In this document: in pieces, positions 25,323 through 40,207 of the stretch
Layout of the letters: every line of letters begins with the position of its first letter
Numbering within the stretch: position 1 is the first letter of the stretch
Assembly: GCF_006345805.1 (NCBI RefSeq)
Contig: NC_043001.1
Span: 35,960,001 to 36,024,000 of the forward strand
Origin: Octopus sinensis
Taxonomy: Eukaryota
Direction of reading: 5' to 3'
Length of the DNA: 64,000 nucleotides
Notes under the pieces: model-generated
Databases searched by the model: none
Told to the model about the DNA's origin: nothing
Seen by the model: only the letters and a program-made list of their open reading frames with translations
Program-made: the position numbers and the translations under genes

Positions 25323-26070
25323 TATTTTTACCATCTTAGATATTACCAGGAAATATGGCACACAAGCAATAGTTTGAATTCAACTTTTTCAAATTTCTTG
25401 GTGTTAATGTAAAGATAAAATGAATGCTAATTTTAAAAATGAAACTCAAAACAAAATTGCTCTGATTTATATTTTCTTTTCTGGAAGTTTATACACACAC
25501 ATACACACACACTCACAATCTCTCTCTCTACACCCTGTCCTGTCTCTATCATTTTCTCTCTCCCCTTCTACCCCTCTCCCTCAAGTTTTTTATACATTGT
25601 CCCCCATAGAAAGCGCATCCAGCTCATTTTCTATAAACTAAATTCCATTTCCAAAGAATTTGTTAGCCCATGGCGATGCTAACATTCAGAACAAACTTGA
25701 AACCACGTTATTATGAATCGAACTTCTTAATCCCACAGACATACCTTCGCTCATTTTGTATCTTACCATTCTGGGTTCCAACCATTCCAGAGTCTACATC
25801 TGTCTTTTGTCCTTTCGTAGTCCATAAAACTAGTTACAGAAAGGATCTGGAATTAATTCAATCAAGTACATTACTCTCTATGTAATTATTCCCAGAAACC
25901 TAATCAAAATAAATCATTTGTTATCTATCCTAGATCTATTCTTGATAATGACAACTGTGATATGGTGTTTGATAAACTAATTCGTATTAGGTGAAGCTGA
26001 AATGCCAACTCTGTCACAGCAAGCATACAGTTGGAGAAGAATGTTAGAATAATAGCTATTGGATCGACAG

Positions 26071-26225
26071 ACGCAGGCGATGCTGTGTGGTAGGAATTTT
26101 GTTTCCTAACCACGTTGCTCCGGCTTCAATCCTACTGCGGGGTAACTTGGGCAATTGTTTTCTACAATAGCCCCGGTCCAACCAAAGTCTTTTGAGTAGA
26201 CGTGGTAGAGGGAACCTGAAGAAAG
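26071..26225 (+). mobile_element. SINE family A, diverged 5' half
   Basis: Degenerate head and body ending at a TA/CA array of about 300 nt. Confidence 0.75.
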
Positions 26226-26283
26226 TCAATATACATACATATATATATATATGTATGCATATGTATATTATATATATGCATAC

Positions 26284-26351
<68 letters not shown>

Positions 26352-26397
26352 ACGTGTGTTCTGTGTGTGTATATATATAAATACATTTATATATATG

Positions 26398-26433
<36 letters not shown>

Positions 26434-26544
26434 CATACATTCATATATACGTACATACATATATACATATATACGTATATATATATATACACACACATAC
26501 ATACATATACACGTGTGCGTGTTTGTGTGTCTTTTTCCCACCGG

Positions 26545-26795
26545 TGTTGGTTTATTTACATCCTTAAAGTTGTTCATCACACGATCGACCAGACTATCGG
26601 GCGTTGTTACACATCGCTGGTCACAATGCGCTTTGCCTCGTTTGAGCTTTCGAATTGCGTCACACTTCTGCTCAGAAAGCTTGTCCATCGTGGAGTTACC
26701 CATTTACAACAGCGTGAGCTCGAACAACGTGAAATGAAAGTGTTTTGCTCAAGAAAACACATGTGCCGACCAGACTGGGAATCGAACGCGCCTTG
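26545..26795 (-). mobile_element. SINE family C-like fragment
   Basis: B box GTTCGATTCCC and TTGAGCAAAACACTTTCATTTCACGTTG domain on the minus strand. Confidence 0.6.
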
Positions 26796-27408
26796 ACCTA
26801 GCTGTTTATATACAACAACATGAATATAAAACGGTGGATCTCCGTCGCTCGGCGATGAGTGTTTTGTTGTTCGGTTAACTGATTAACCTACTTCTGAATT
26901 AGCGTGGAAACTGTTTGAGGATACCGCTAACGCATGTCATCTTAACGTAATTCAAACACAATATTAGCGTGACACACAGTCAATAACAAAGTTACGTCTT
27001 ATTGAATTACATGTACAATCTACTCGCCGAGGTTTCTCCTTCCTATACTTTCCGTCTATCAAATTTCACTTACAAAGTAATGATCGACTGAAAACTATCA
27101 AAATATGATAAATATTTCCAAGATGCGAGTAAGTAGGACCGAACCATGGAACTCGTGGCTGCGAAGTAAACTTCTTGACCATTTGGCCATACTACGCCTA
27201 TGCAACTAATTTGCACACTCACACACACTCTCTCTCTCTCTCTTTCTCTCTCGCAGATACACACACACACACACACACACACACACGAACAAATAAACAT
27301 ACATGCACACGAACACACGCACACATGTGATTCAATGCGCTCGACGAGCGACAATTAAAACATTAAAGGGACGGCTCTAATTAATTTTAATTGCGTAGAT
27401 TTTTATTC

Positions 27409-27788
27409 TTTCACATGTTTCAGCCATTAGATTGCGACCATGATGGGGTAATATTTTCAAGAATTTTAGTCGAATGAATCGACCTCAGCACTTTTTATTT
27501 TTATTTTTAAGCCTGGTAGTTATTCTATCCGTGTCTTTTGCCGAACCACTAAGTTACGGAGAAGTAAGCTCACCAACGTCGGTTGTCAAGCGGTGGTGGG
27601 AGACAAACACAGGCACACACACAAACGACGAGCTTCTTTCAGTTTTCGTTTACCAAATTCGCACACAAGGCTTTGGTCGGTCCGCGGCTGTAGTAGAAGA
27701 CACTTGACCAAGGTGCCACGCAGCGGGACTGAACTCCAAACCATGTAGTTGGGAAGCAAGTTTCTTACCACACAGTCGCGTTTGCGCC
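27409..27788 (-). mobile_element. SINE family A, full-length diverged copy
   Basis: Head GGCGCAAACGCGACTGTGTGG at 27788, short CA linker, tail near 27410. Confidence 0.85.
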
Positions 27789-27848
<60 letters not shown>

Positions 27849-27852
<4 letters not shown>

Positions 27853-27981
27853 TTAATCCAAACATGAAAACACAAAGAGAAAACACAACAACGCGAGGAC
27901 GTGGAACAAGTATAGTATTATTGGACGCTCAGGAAAGAAGGAAAGAAGAAGGGTTTAACGTTTCGAGCGGAGCTCTTCGTC
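27849..27981 (-). mobile_element. Hammerhead-motif element, second copy of the 8.8 kb subfamily with a damaged core
   Basis: High identity to 8742-8890; retains GACGA-A-GAGC-TCC-GCTC-GAA-ACGT-T-AAAC but reads CAGACGA and has lost the 5' helix I strand; 3' end abuts (TA)n at 27795-27848. Confidence 0.75.
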
Positions 27982-28573
27982 TGATGTCAGAAGAATTTAT
28001 AAACTTTGAGAGAAGGTGAGATAATTATTTTTCGTGAACGGTATATATAGACTTCCTTTTACTGATAACAGTCTAAGTGACACTTATGAGAACGTTTCTT
28101 AAAGAGCCGACTCCAAGAAAATCACAGTACAAAACTTATAATCGTAAATAACAGAAGCTTTCGTGACTTTGACCTTTATTCTGTAACTGACAGAAAAATA
28201 GACTACTACTACTACTACTGTTACTACAAGCTAGCTAGCTAGAGGTGGAAGAAAATATTCACGAAGAAGCGTGAACATTGCAGGAAATTTAGAGTAAAAC
28301 GCGACTCTACCAACCCAAAGTATATCAGGCGACATATTCTAGATGCAAGCGTGCATGCATATGTGTCTGTGCGCGCGGGCACTTATGTGTGTGCATTTGT
28401 GTGAGTGTGTGTGTTTTGTGCGTATGTATACGTGTGTTTCTATGTGTGCGCGCGCGTATGCATGTCCGTATGTGTATATGTGTGTGTGTGTATATATATA
28501 TGTGTGTGTATATATATATATATATATAAATGGACGCCAGCGCGCGCACACACGTATGAATGTATGTATATAC

Positions 28574-28623
<50 letters not shown>

Positions 28624-29384
28624 CATGCATACATACATACATATATACACAGACAGAAAGACAGACAGACCGTATGTATGTATTTGGTGGAGAAACGTGG
28701 ATATCGTCGTATTTCCCTGGCAACAGGTCTTCTTTACAAAAATTTCCCCTCCGTCTGCGAAAATACTTCTGCTTAATTATACATACACATAAGTATATAT
28801 GCATACATACGGGTGCGATTTCTTATGCGTGGCGCTATATCTTTGTGTGCGCACAAGTGTAAGTTGAGTGCGTGCGTCATCTCGAAAAGTGACAAATGTT
28901 AGTTTACTAGAGAATAAAACTCTCCCTTTGTCTCTCATTTTCTGTCTCTGTTTCTTTCTCTCTGTCCTTCTGTCTCTCCTCTCTCTCTATCTCTCTCTCT
29001 CCCTCTCTTTGTCTTATAGTTTTTGCTTTCCTCCGAGAAGAAATCAGCGATATTCTGATTTAGGATGCCAAGTATGTGGTATTGTCCCACGAACTGGGCG
29101 TACCAGGAGGAAAATTCATCAAAGCAAGCAGCACTTGAAAATTACTTGAAAATGTCAGTCGTGTATAAACAGAGGTGGAGGGAACATACATGCTGTGAAC
29201 ACCTGTAAACATAACCTATTTATTATGCAGCTTATCGAAAGGGGAAAGACAAATAGGAATAAGAAAGGAAAATAGTCATGTCGTGTCGCTATAAATGATG
29301 GCTACCTAGTCTTGTGGAGAACAAAATATATGTATCTGGGTGAACCGTTCAACCAATGCTATTTCAGTAACATATATATTTTTC

Positions 29385-29730
29385 TATTACTAATTTCAGT
29401 TATTGGACTGCGGCCATGCTGTGCCACCGTCTTGAGGGATGTAGTTGAATAAATAGATTCCACGATTTAGTTTTTTTCTTTCTTTTTCGGTTTATTTAAT
29501 TTTTAAAGTCTGTTGCTTAGTCTCGCAATCTCTCTACCGAACCACTAAGTTACGAGGACGTAAACAAACCAGCAACGGTTGTCAAGCGGTGGTGTGGGAA
29601 CACAACACAAACACAGATATATGCACATATATTATGTACTACAGGCTTCTTTCAGTTTCCATCTATCAAATCCACTCACAGCGCTTTGATCGGCCCAGCA
29701 TTACAGTTCAAGACACTTGCTTAAGGTGCC
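29385..29730 (-). mobile_element. SINE family A, 5'-truncated
   Basis: Tail TTTCAGTTATTGGACTGCGGCCATGCTG and body up to AAGGTGCCGC. Confidence 0.8.
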
Positions 29731-29732
29731 GC

Positions 29733-29804
<72 letters not shown>

Positions 29805-30085
29805 GTCTTTCTGTCTGTCTGTCTGTCTATCTATCTATACGTCATTTTATGTATGAATGCGCATACATACATACATATATACATAATACATACATAAACA
29901 CACACATACACACACACATACACACCCACATACACACACACATATACACATACACACATACACACACATACACACATACAAATACATACATACACACATA
30001 TACATACATACATACATACATACATACATACATACATACATACATACATACATACATACATACATACATACATACGTACACACAC
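29731..30085. repeat. (TATC)n / (CA)n / (TACA)n compound microsatellite
   Basis: Direct observation. Confidence 0.95.
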
Positions 30086-31317
30086 ATGCGCGTGCTTGTT
30101 TTATATTGTAATTGTATATGTGTTTTCAATCACATATAAATACATGCCATGCTAAATCAAAGCTTAATTAACTTAATGGATTTCTTAATGTCTTAATCTG
30201 ACTGCGAACTCGAGACTGTTTTCCAGAAGCTAGAACTTCCGAATCAATTAACAGTACTGAAGCTTTTTATCGAGCTTCACATCCACACATTTCACAGCGA
30301 AAGCCTGTGAAAACCTCTGTAATTCAATTTTACTTAGCTTGGTTAAATATTACAGCCAAAAATTTCTAACAATTAAGATTAAAAGAGTTGCAATATTGCA
30401 GCTTTTATTACTAATGACGGCCAATATCTTTTAATATCAGCTGGTTCCTACGACAATTTAATTGAATGAAAAGTTAAAATTAGTGTTTTAATTGCTGCAG
30501 ACATGATACTAACGTAATTATCGCATTGGCGTTAAAGCAACGGTGATAAAAATAATACGCATATTACCACAATGTTGATGATGTATACATCGAATAAAAA
30601 TTTAATAAACACATACAGAAAAGGATATACACGTAGCACACAGAGGCAATGGTATCGCAACATTATAGACAGCCATCCAGGAGGAATTCAAATGAGTTAT
30701 AAACTATCATAAATTATATAAAAGAAAAGCGAAATGTATATATAATAAATATAGTAAAAACTCTATGTAAAGATTGTCTCATCAAAAAATATATATTCGT
30801 ACAGTTCTTACTGTACATAACATGGTTTAGGCCCAGGTCAATATGATCTGATACTGCTGTGTCCTAAGACTTCAAAATATAATTACTCCTAGCAAAAATA
30901 GTTTCTGCCCATTATCTGCTATATTGCTCCCCAACGCCTCCTCAGGTATCAACACACGTGCAGTTACCGTTATTTTCTCTTCTCTGGACTTAAATGTTTT
31001 CCCTTCTAACGAAAAGCTATGTTTGATACGTTAAAAACCCACACCACACGCCATCATACCATACACCATCATACCACACAACACCACATCACATCACACC
31101 ACCACGCACACACTAGCACTGACCACTTCCCAGTACCACACCATCATCCACACATTCACACATTCACACAAGCACGCGTCAAGGTCACCAGCACTCTTCC
31201 ACACGCACATACTTGCTCTCTTATACACACGCACGCGCACCTTCGTTTTGGGATCACATCTACTTTATTATCTCCCCTTCTTCCTAGCTCTCCTGTGTGA
31301 CCCCTCTGTCTGGAATT

Positions 31318-31501
31318 CGCCATGATAGATCGCTAACCACTACACATTCTTTATTTTCTCTCCTTGTTTCTTTCTGTGTTCCTTTCTGTAGAAGAGCGTA
31401 GGCTCGACACGTTAAAGACTTTTTCACTTCCCGAGCATTAAACTAATACATCTGTTTGTCGTCTACACCACCTGTCTTTGTCTTTTGTTTTTGTGAATTC
31501 T

Positions 31502-31505
<4 letters not shown>
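31318..31505 (+). mobile_element. Hammerhead-motif element (U6 subfamily)
   Basis: CTTT-CTGTAGA-A-GAGC-GTAG-GCTC-GAC-ACGT-T-AAAG at 31382-31417; 3' end runs into (TA)n. Confidence 0.72.
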
Positions 31506-31578
<73 letters not shown>

Positions 31579-31579
<1 letters not shown>

Positions 31580-31959
31580 CGCGAGCTATAGCATCCTCTA
31601 AACTGGATGGCAATACACTGCTCCAAAGGTCCCAGCTATCCTGTCTAGAGTAAGGACTATGTACTGCAAATACCTTGAGATTCAAGGGCCCACACCTATT
31701 CAACACCTTACCAAAACATCTAACGCATTGTCATGGATTGGGGGTAGATGCGTTCATGAAACAACTTGACTTCCTGCTATCCAAGGTCCCAGATAAACCA
31801 ATATCAAGGCAGGGGACTTAAAAAAAGGGCAGCAGTATCGAAATCCCGCCTTCACCAAAAGCCAATCACATAAGATTGGCCATTGAAAATGTGACTACAG
31901 TCGCGGTTCTCTAGCATGGCACAAACTTAGGGCTGGAACATGCAATAGAATAAAGGAAT
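31579..31959 (+). mobile_element. 3' end of a CR1/L2-group LINE (RT C-terminus plus 3' UTR)
   Basis: Frameshifted translation APKVPAILSRVRTMYC / NTLRFKGPHLFNTLPKHLTHCHGLGVDAFMKQLDFLLSKVPDKP resembles the GPRLFNSLP...FKRKLDKFL..VPDEP tail of invertebrate CR1/L2-like RTs; flanked by (TA)n on both sides. Confidence 0.75.
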
Positions 31960-31962
31960 ATA

Positions 31963-32024
<62 letters not shown>

Positions 32025-32073
32025 TCATGTATATATACACATTCACATATATATTATACGTACATAGATCTAC

Positions 32074-32112
<39 letters not shown>

Positions 32113-32465
32113 AATATACATATTTACGTTTTACCCAAACAGAAAGAAATACTGATTTCTGTATAAGCTAAAGATTGCTAAAATATGACTACATTAAAAA
32201 GTTGCAGAGATGGAGTTTTCCATTATCTTAAAGGAAATGTAAACCATTAGAAACCAATTTAAGCGAGAGACACGAGAGAAGGAGGCTACAAATGGAGTGG
32301 AATAGAATACAATTAGTGAAAATACATTTTTAAAAGATTTTTTTTTCAGTCGGATTTACTCATTATCTTTAGCATATGAGTATTAAAAAGTGAAAAGAAA
32401 AAAACAGTAAGAATAATAAGCAGAATAAATAATTATTTAAATAAAATTTTGACTGAAGGCATAAA

Positions 32466-32525
<60 letters not shown>

Positions 32526-32659
32526 TGTGTGAGTTTGTGTGTATGTATATGCACTAAAAATTTGTGGGCATTTCCTTAGTAACAGTTATAAGTATTATTG
32601 TTCGGGATACTGATATATATTATTCTTTAGTACATTAACAAACTATGTTGAGAAATATG

Positions 32660-32716
32660 CGGTGTGTGTATGTATGACTATATATGCCAGTGTGAGTATA
32701 CATTCTTATATATATA

Positions 32717-32770
<54 letters not shown>

Positions 32771-32825
32771 TTGTGTGCTTATATATATATATTACATATA
32801 TACATATATATCGCATACAATATAT

Positions 32826-32860
<35 letters not shown>

Positions 32861-32985
32861 ATACACACACATACATATATTTGTATAGATGCATACATAT
32901 AATATATATGTAATATATATTATACACACTCTCTCTCACACACATAAGCGCTCACATATATATATACACACACACATAAGCGCTC

Positions 32986-33016
<31 letters not shown>

Positions 33017-33190
33017 TACACACACATATATATATATATATATGCATACATATGCGTATATATGTGTATATATATACATGCATACATATGCGTATATATA
33101 TATATATATATGCATACATATGCATATATATACATATATATACACACATACATGCACGCATACATACACACATACATATATACATACAAT
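32660..33190. repeat. Compound TA/CA/TGCA microsatellite
   Basis: Direct observation. Confidence 0.92.
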
Positions 33191-35502
33191 ACATCCACAC
33201 ACGGACATGATTTATGTGTAGTGTATTTATACAAGTCTGTATGTAAAGAATGTTATAAATGTCACTGTAGATTCAAGTGAAGTGTGTTTGTGTGTGAATG
33301 TATATGAGGGTATGGTTTGTGTGCGCGCGCACGTGCGTCTGCTGATGTGCATGCCTATATGTAACCATATTTGGACTCAAAAGAATGCCTTTCTTTTTCT
33401 GTATAGTTTGTTTGCTTTTATGATTGTATGCATATAATTGCGCACGCGCTTAAATAATAAAAGTGAAGTTAAAGTAATTTTTGTTGAGTCTTTTAGAAAC
33501 ATATGAATACATTACTTTATACACACGTTTGTTGTGCTAAGTTTTTGTGTATGTATAAGTGTTGAAAGAGTCAGCAATAAGCCAAGAAGGTAGAGTAGAT
33601 TTATAACAACCAGCAGCTAGCTATATACACGCCAAAGTTGTCTTCTGGGAATCAAACGTCAGAAAAACGAAATCTTCAAACCACATGGGGAAATATGCGC
33701 GCGCCAGCACACACATATGTACAAGCACGTATATATATATATATATATCTAACACCTATAGACGCATGTGTATGTGTACATTTTCACAGAAAGCTTGGCA
33801 AACAAAGAACTCTGTGTATGGTAAATAAAATCTATTTTCCTGAAAACAGATTGCAAGACAACCAAACAGAATGCTAACAAAAACAAATAGAAACAACAGG
33901 TACCTTTTGAAAACAATTTCCATTTGCTGTGACTATTCTAGAAAGACTATTTATTTATACTAAGAGAATCGAGATAGAAGGGGATATATGCATCAACAGT
34001 ATTTATCTGCATTAAAAGAACCCAGGTCTATTAATGTCTATAAAGAAATAGCCAGGTATTTTGTGTGTTTTATGAGGTATGAAGTTGATTTATAGCTATG
34101 CGGTGAAACTCGTACGAATATCATTGGATTATCATACAAGGTTCTACATAACATTTTTCAGGTTGCTGTTTTCCATGTTAGTAGTTTAATAGTAGAAGTT
34201 GTAGTAGATCCACCAACAAAAATGCGAGCCCATATTTTCAGAAATCTTGAATTGTATGGTACAAAAGTGTCCTTATTTTTAGCATGCCAAACAGCTGCGT
34301 AGAGGCTTCTTCGTTTAATAGTTTAAATCAGTAAAAGATCTTGGTCTCAAGGGCGAAAAATTTTCCCTTTGCATTGTTTTATCTCAGTAGACAGGAACTA
34401 AGTAAATAAATTCTAAGAACCTATATTGTTAGATACAAATCAAATATTTTCAACAGAGGTTCCTATAAATTGCATCAGGTAATTCAGGTAATTTGTGCAA
34501 TGTTCATGGTTCTGTCTTCACATTAACAGATCTTATATTTATCGCTTAAAAGATACAGTTCTTTGTTGCCACAAACCAAATCTTGTCTGTTTCAATATGA
34601 AAATAAGTCATTATTTCGGATATGTGGTGGAAGTGAAGATTAGAAGAAACATCTAATATCTCTAAGAAACACTGTTAAATTTTGTCAGATGTTGTGAGCT
34701 TCTGCAGTTCGCCCAAACGTTACTAATAGTCATTAAATCTCATGTGTACCTCGTCGTCTTGTGCTTACTAACAAGTGTATGAATTACAAGTGAAGTGACA
34801 GGAGAGATGTAGAAGCCAGACTACATTGATTGCCATAAGTAATAAGTAAAAACTACAGCAAAATGTTTCAAATTTAACTTTGTTGTATGGAGCCATCACT
34901 ATCTGTTGTCGGGTTTTGATACGTGAGCGTTAGATAATTTTATTTGATCAACCTGTTCCTCGGAGCCGAGAACACCTAAATTCAAAAGCACCAAGATATT
35001 CTATTACATCCTTTGCAAAAATGTTATGTAGCTTATTACCGAACACGTCTATACTACTGCTTAAATTACTTTCAGTATCACTAGTTTCCAAGATGAACTA
35101 CCTAGTTAGTAACTGAACGACGTATTGGATCTTTCTGAAAGTGAGAGTCTTAAAACGTCTTATCGTCATCAGGGAATTGTATCAAAAATCACAAAAATAG
35201 AAAAAGTGAGATGATACTTTTCATTTAGTCTCTATCATATAAGAAAGATATTTAGAAAGTAACGTAAAATGAAGTGGATTGAGTTTTGTAATAAAGAAAA
35301 AAAAAGAGAATAGTATTGCCAAACATCAAAGAAATTCCATTCAAACGCATATTATTTATTAACATTTTAATTCAAATATGCTGAAGATGAGATATTGCTA
35401 CCGATATGGCTTGCAGTAGATTTGATTTCGTATTTTGCTATTTTGCAAAGATAACGTGCGCAAGCATGCATCCTTACAGTACGCACGCACCCCTACACAC
35501 CT

Positions 35503-35552
<50 letters not shown>

Positions 35553-35675
35553 CTGTATATATCTTTGCATGCATAAAGTTTGTGTATATGAGTGTGTATG
35601 TAAATATGTATATGTGTACATGTATGCCTACATACATACATACATACATACATACACACGCAAACACACACACAC

Positions 35676-35709
<34 letters not shown>

Positions 35710-37299
35710 CACGAATGAAGGGGATAAAAACACAAGCTCATGCAATATACTTAAACTATTTAAAGTCGGTTAGCGAGATCAAAGAAACCTTTCCATGTTT
35801 TCTTTCATAAAGCTATAAAAAAATAAAATTACCTAAAACGATAAAATCAACACAAAGATAGATTAACTGAACACTTGAACTGAAAATAAATGAATGAATA
35901 AATATATGAATAATTTCCCTTTGATCTTCCAGAAGATAAAAATGCATTTTAATCTTATTATGTTATGAAACCAATTTTGAATTCCAATCATTCTAGTTCT
36001 CGTGTATTGCGCTGTATTGTTTTTATTTCGTATTCTTTTGTGCAAAATCATTTTTGCCTCAGAAGCAACAATACGGATCTAGGATAAACACACACAGAGT
36101 CGAACGATACCATGACAACAAAAATTATATATTGCTAACAATATGAACGGTATTTTCACTGTTTACTTTGCTAGACGTGTGGAAATTTGGAAGTTTCACG
36201 AATTCTTACTATATATATATAATGATAGTTCTAGGAATGCAAGAAAATCAAGTACACTGTTATAGTTTGGTTCCATCTTTATAATATCTTGCAATTTGCA
36301 TCCAAAATAGCACAAAGAAAAATTTATATTATTCTATAACAAATTTCTTTCACAAAATGTATTCTCATATATTTTAATAAAATTAGTACAGGTGAACTAT
36401 TCCTTTTCTTGAAATTTTTCCAATAACAAATAAATGCTGTCATACATATTATAGGAATATGCTCTGAATTAATTACATATAATTTTATATAATCCTATGA
36501 GTAAGAGATATTCGTAATATATCTAGAGACTGATACGAAATAGCTCTCTGATTTTATATAATAGAAGTGTACTTAATTGTAAGCAGAACTAGAGTACAAA
36601 GAAGTAGAAAAAATAGCAGTGTGTATACGTATGAGCCATATATATATACGTTAGCCTACCATGCTTATCTTTACTAAAATCATAACCGATATATTCACAC
36701 TCACACAGACGCACGCACACACACTAACACACACAGTCCCCATCTTCATTTATCTCCGCAAATCTCATATCCATCAAATTCACATTTAAGTAATAAGCAT
36801 TCAACTAACATATTGTCGGTAATAGGTTATTATAAAAATAATATAACCTTTGATCCCAGACAACTTTATCAAAACTTCAATAGTGTGATACAATATATTT
36901 ATGAAATATAATATTGTAACGGCGTACATTATCAAAAGTTTATTCCTCTTTTACTTATATTGATTTCTTACATAGATACATAGATTCAGATTTATATATG
37001 GCTATAAAATTGCTTTCGGTTTAATGCATTTCTCGAGAGTATTAGCGTCAGTGAAATGAAATAGCTGCAATTCAGTATCAAATTTGAGCTGCGTTCTCTC
37101 GATTTATTATTCTTTACCGTAATCATATCTATTTAATCATTTTCAAATGCCACTGAGAAAAACATGTACATAACAAAAGGCCATATGTTAGTTAAATATT
37201 GAGGGCAGCGAGGCCTATGTATGAGATCCTTTTAACTAATACCTCCGTCCTTTGTTCTAAATTACCTACACCTAGTAAACTCTCGAAATAATTATCCCG

Positions 37300-37708
37300 A
37301 ATCTGTTCGGTTTGAACGGCAGTTTTTTAAAATAATTTCCACGTAAGTAAACACTTTTAAACTTCGTATACTGGTAGAATGTGTTTATAAAACATCTTTT
37401 TCTCTTGGCTTTATTAAGAAAATTCTATAGTTTGTAAGATATTTGTTGGGGTTTTTTCTTCAATTTCTGCAATTTCAACCAATCAATGACGTCTATTGAG
37501 GTGAAAACATTCTGTGCCGTATGAATATGTCCCTCGTTTAAGAAACAGATTGGGTTTATTTACATTTCTGAAGAAAAAAAAGATACCCTTCCCCCACCCT
37601 AACCCTAAAACAGATTGAAATGCAATAGATCGATACTAGGGTCGTAATTATGGGTGACAATTTCATATGACACCACTAGAAAAAACTGCCGTTCAAACCG
37701 AAAAGATC
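37300..37708. mobile_element. MITE-like element with 29-bp terminal inverted repeats
   Basis: 37300-37328 AATCTGTTCGGTTTGAACGGCAGTTTTTT versus reverse complement of 37680-37708 GATCTTTTCGGTTTGAACGGCAGTTTTTT (27/29); no clean TSD. Confidence 0.8.
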
Positions 37709-38706
37709 TATTATCTCTAAGTTATAAAGCCCACCAGAAATAGAATCAAAGCAAGTGATGTCCATATATTTTTAAGACATAAGAAATAGGTACGAAGTGA
37801 ATTGATGGCAACAATTAGTATATTAGGACACAGCTCCGCAAGGTTTTCATAAAACTGAATAAGAGCTAAAATTTAATTAAAATGTAAAAGCATAAATAAT
37901 CAATTATTAATCGTACCATCTAAATTATTCTCCCCCAATGATGCTTATGACAGAAATATAAATTGAAATAAACCATAAATCCCTCAAAATAATAATTGAA
38001 ATTAACCATAAATCCAGTCAATCACTAGCTGCAACCTTCAAAGATATAATTATGTGAATAAATAAAGAGCAAATTAGCTACATATTTCATGTTGAATTTA
38101 GTTAAGGAAATACAAAACTGTACGTAACTCCGCTATCTAAAGTAAATATTTAGTTTTTCTTCAAATTATTATCAGTGCAACTCGATTTCTGAAATAAATA
38201 GAGAAAAAAACCTTTAACTCAAAAGATACATTTCACTTAGGGACTAGTTTTTGTCTCCCCTGCGAACTATATAAAAAAAAAAATACAAAACAGAAACGTA
38301 AATATACTTGTATATAAATTCATATATGCAAGCACAGACCAAGCGTCATTTCTGTATGTGTATGTGTGCGCGCGTCTGATTGTGCAAACACAATTGTACA
38401 ATAGTAAGGAAGCAACTGAACATATCTGTGAATAAATAGAGATTATGAATGCAAAAGCACAAAGACAAATATTTAGAATGTATGTGAATATGTGTGACTG
38501 GGTATGCATGTTTAAAGAATTAGACTAGACAAAACAGATACGTAAATAAAAATATTCATAAGGCGTTGAATGAATATTTGTATTTCGTACAAATACAAAT
38601 AAACATACGTATATTCTCCAAAACACAGTGTGCTTAATTACAATGAAACAAACACGCCGGTTAATACAACCTCAGGTCTCTCTCTTTCTCTTTCTCTCTC
38701 TCTCTC

Positions 38707-38774
<68 letters not shown>

Positions 38775-38929
38775 GTCTGTCTGTCTGTGCGTCTGTTTGT
38801 CTATCTGTCTATCTCCAGAGAATTCAGTTTGTCGCTGTTGCCCCACTTCTTGTTTTGTTCTGGAGCATGCATGAGTGTGTATGTATGTATGTGTATATAT
38901 ATGTGTGCGTGTGTGTATGTGTACATATT

Positions 38930-38983
38930 CTTTTACTCTTTTATTTTTTTATTGTTTCAGTCATTTGACTGCGGCCATGCTGG

Positions 38984-38986
<3 letters not shown>
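38930..38986 (-). mobile_element. Isolated SINE family A 3' tail
   Basis: TTTCAGTCATTTGACTGCGGCCATGCTGGA followed by (TA)n. Confidence 0.85.
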
Positions 38987-39064
<78 letters not shown>

Positions 39065-40207
39065 GTACGCGCATACATACACAAGCATGTATATATATAT
39101 ATATTTACAGACACACACAAATACACATGCATTCATATATAATATATATAATATATGTGTGTGTGTGCATATATGCTTGTAAGTATGTGTGTATGCGTGT
39201 GTGAGTGTATGTATGTATGTATGTATGCACACACGTTAGAAAGTATAAACCTATATGTACGGCCATGTGTATATAGACATAGACATACCTAAATAACAAT
39301 GTGGCTATTTTATCTGCAAGTAAGTCTAACCTGTCCCAATTGGCACCAGATACCTACCTAAGTAAATGTCAGAGTGGAATGGTCGGGAATAATATCCGGT
39401 CTAAAGTATTTCCTCCTTTCAAACTGCTTAGAATAAATATTATGAAACTAACCAGATTAAAAAACCATCCATCTTCGATGACACATGCTCTTTTTTTTTT
39501 CTTTCTTTTTGTGTGTGTATATACAATGGTTTTGTGAGAGGGCGAAAGTAACTATGTACCTCTGTGTGTTTATGCGTAGGTAAGCGTAGATTGTTTTACA
39601 TTGTTGTTGTCTGCTGCTGTTTCATCTGATACCCCTTAAGATAAATGAATTGACCATTCAATGCGTTAAATTTGCATTTGGTATGTCTGTGTTTTTCTCT
39701 GTCTGACTGTTTGTTTACCCGTGTGTATGTAAGGGTATATGACTATAGCTGAGCTTTTTAAACAGGAGTTTGTAACGCAATCATCTTTGAGACGTGAGAT
39801 CACTGGGAACCCATCTGTCAGTCTTGAGAACTACATATTTGGGATAGTAAACATATTGTAATTTCTGCTTCGGCATTTCAGTGGTCAAACAACAGGCAAT
39901 CAATCCTCTTATTCAAGATTTCTACTATCTGTCAACAGGCACTCTATCTTAAGAGTAACTATACAGTTTTCACTTGCTAGATAACCAATCTTGTTTAAAT
40001 AATCTACCCTTATTCAACTTCTAAGATATTTAAATTTAGTATCAGTCCTATTTGACATTGTGTATAAGCAGGGAATAAAAAGAAAATTTCACTCTTAAAC
40101 AGGCTCGCTGACGGGACTCAAATCGTGTATATATCGCTTGCTAGTCACCCCTGTTACAGTGAAAGCTCTATAATGAACAGTAGCAACGCAGAAGTGCGAG
40201 TCAGATA

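Noticed and set aside
29104-29191. Minus-strand ATG exon with a phase-1 donor (MYVPSTSVYTRLTFSSNFQVLLALMNFPP G|GTACGC) as PTK7 exon 1
   Set aside because: The frame fits, but the hydrophobic core is short and broken by N and PP, and the donor is mediocre; not supportable without RNA data.
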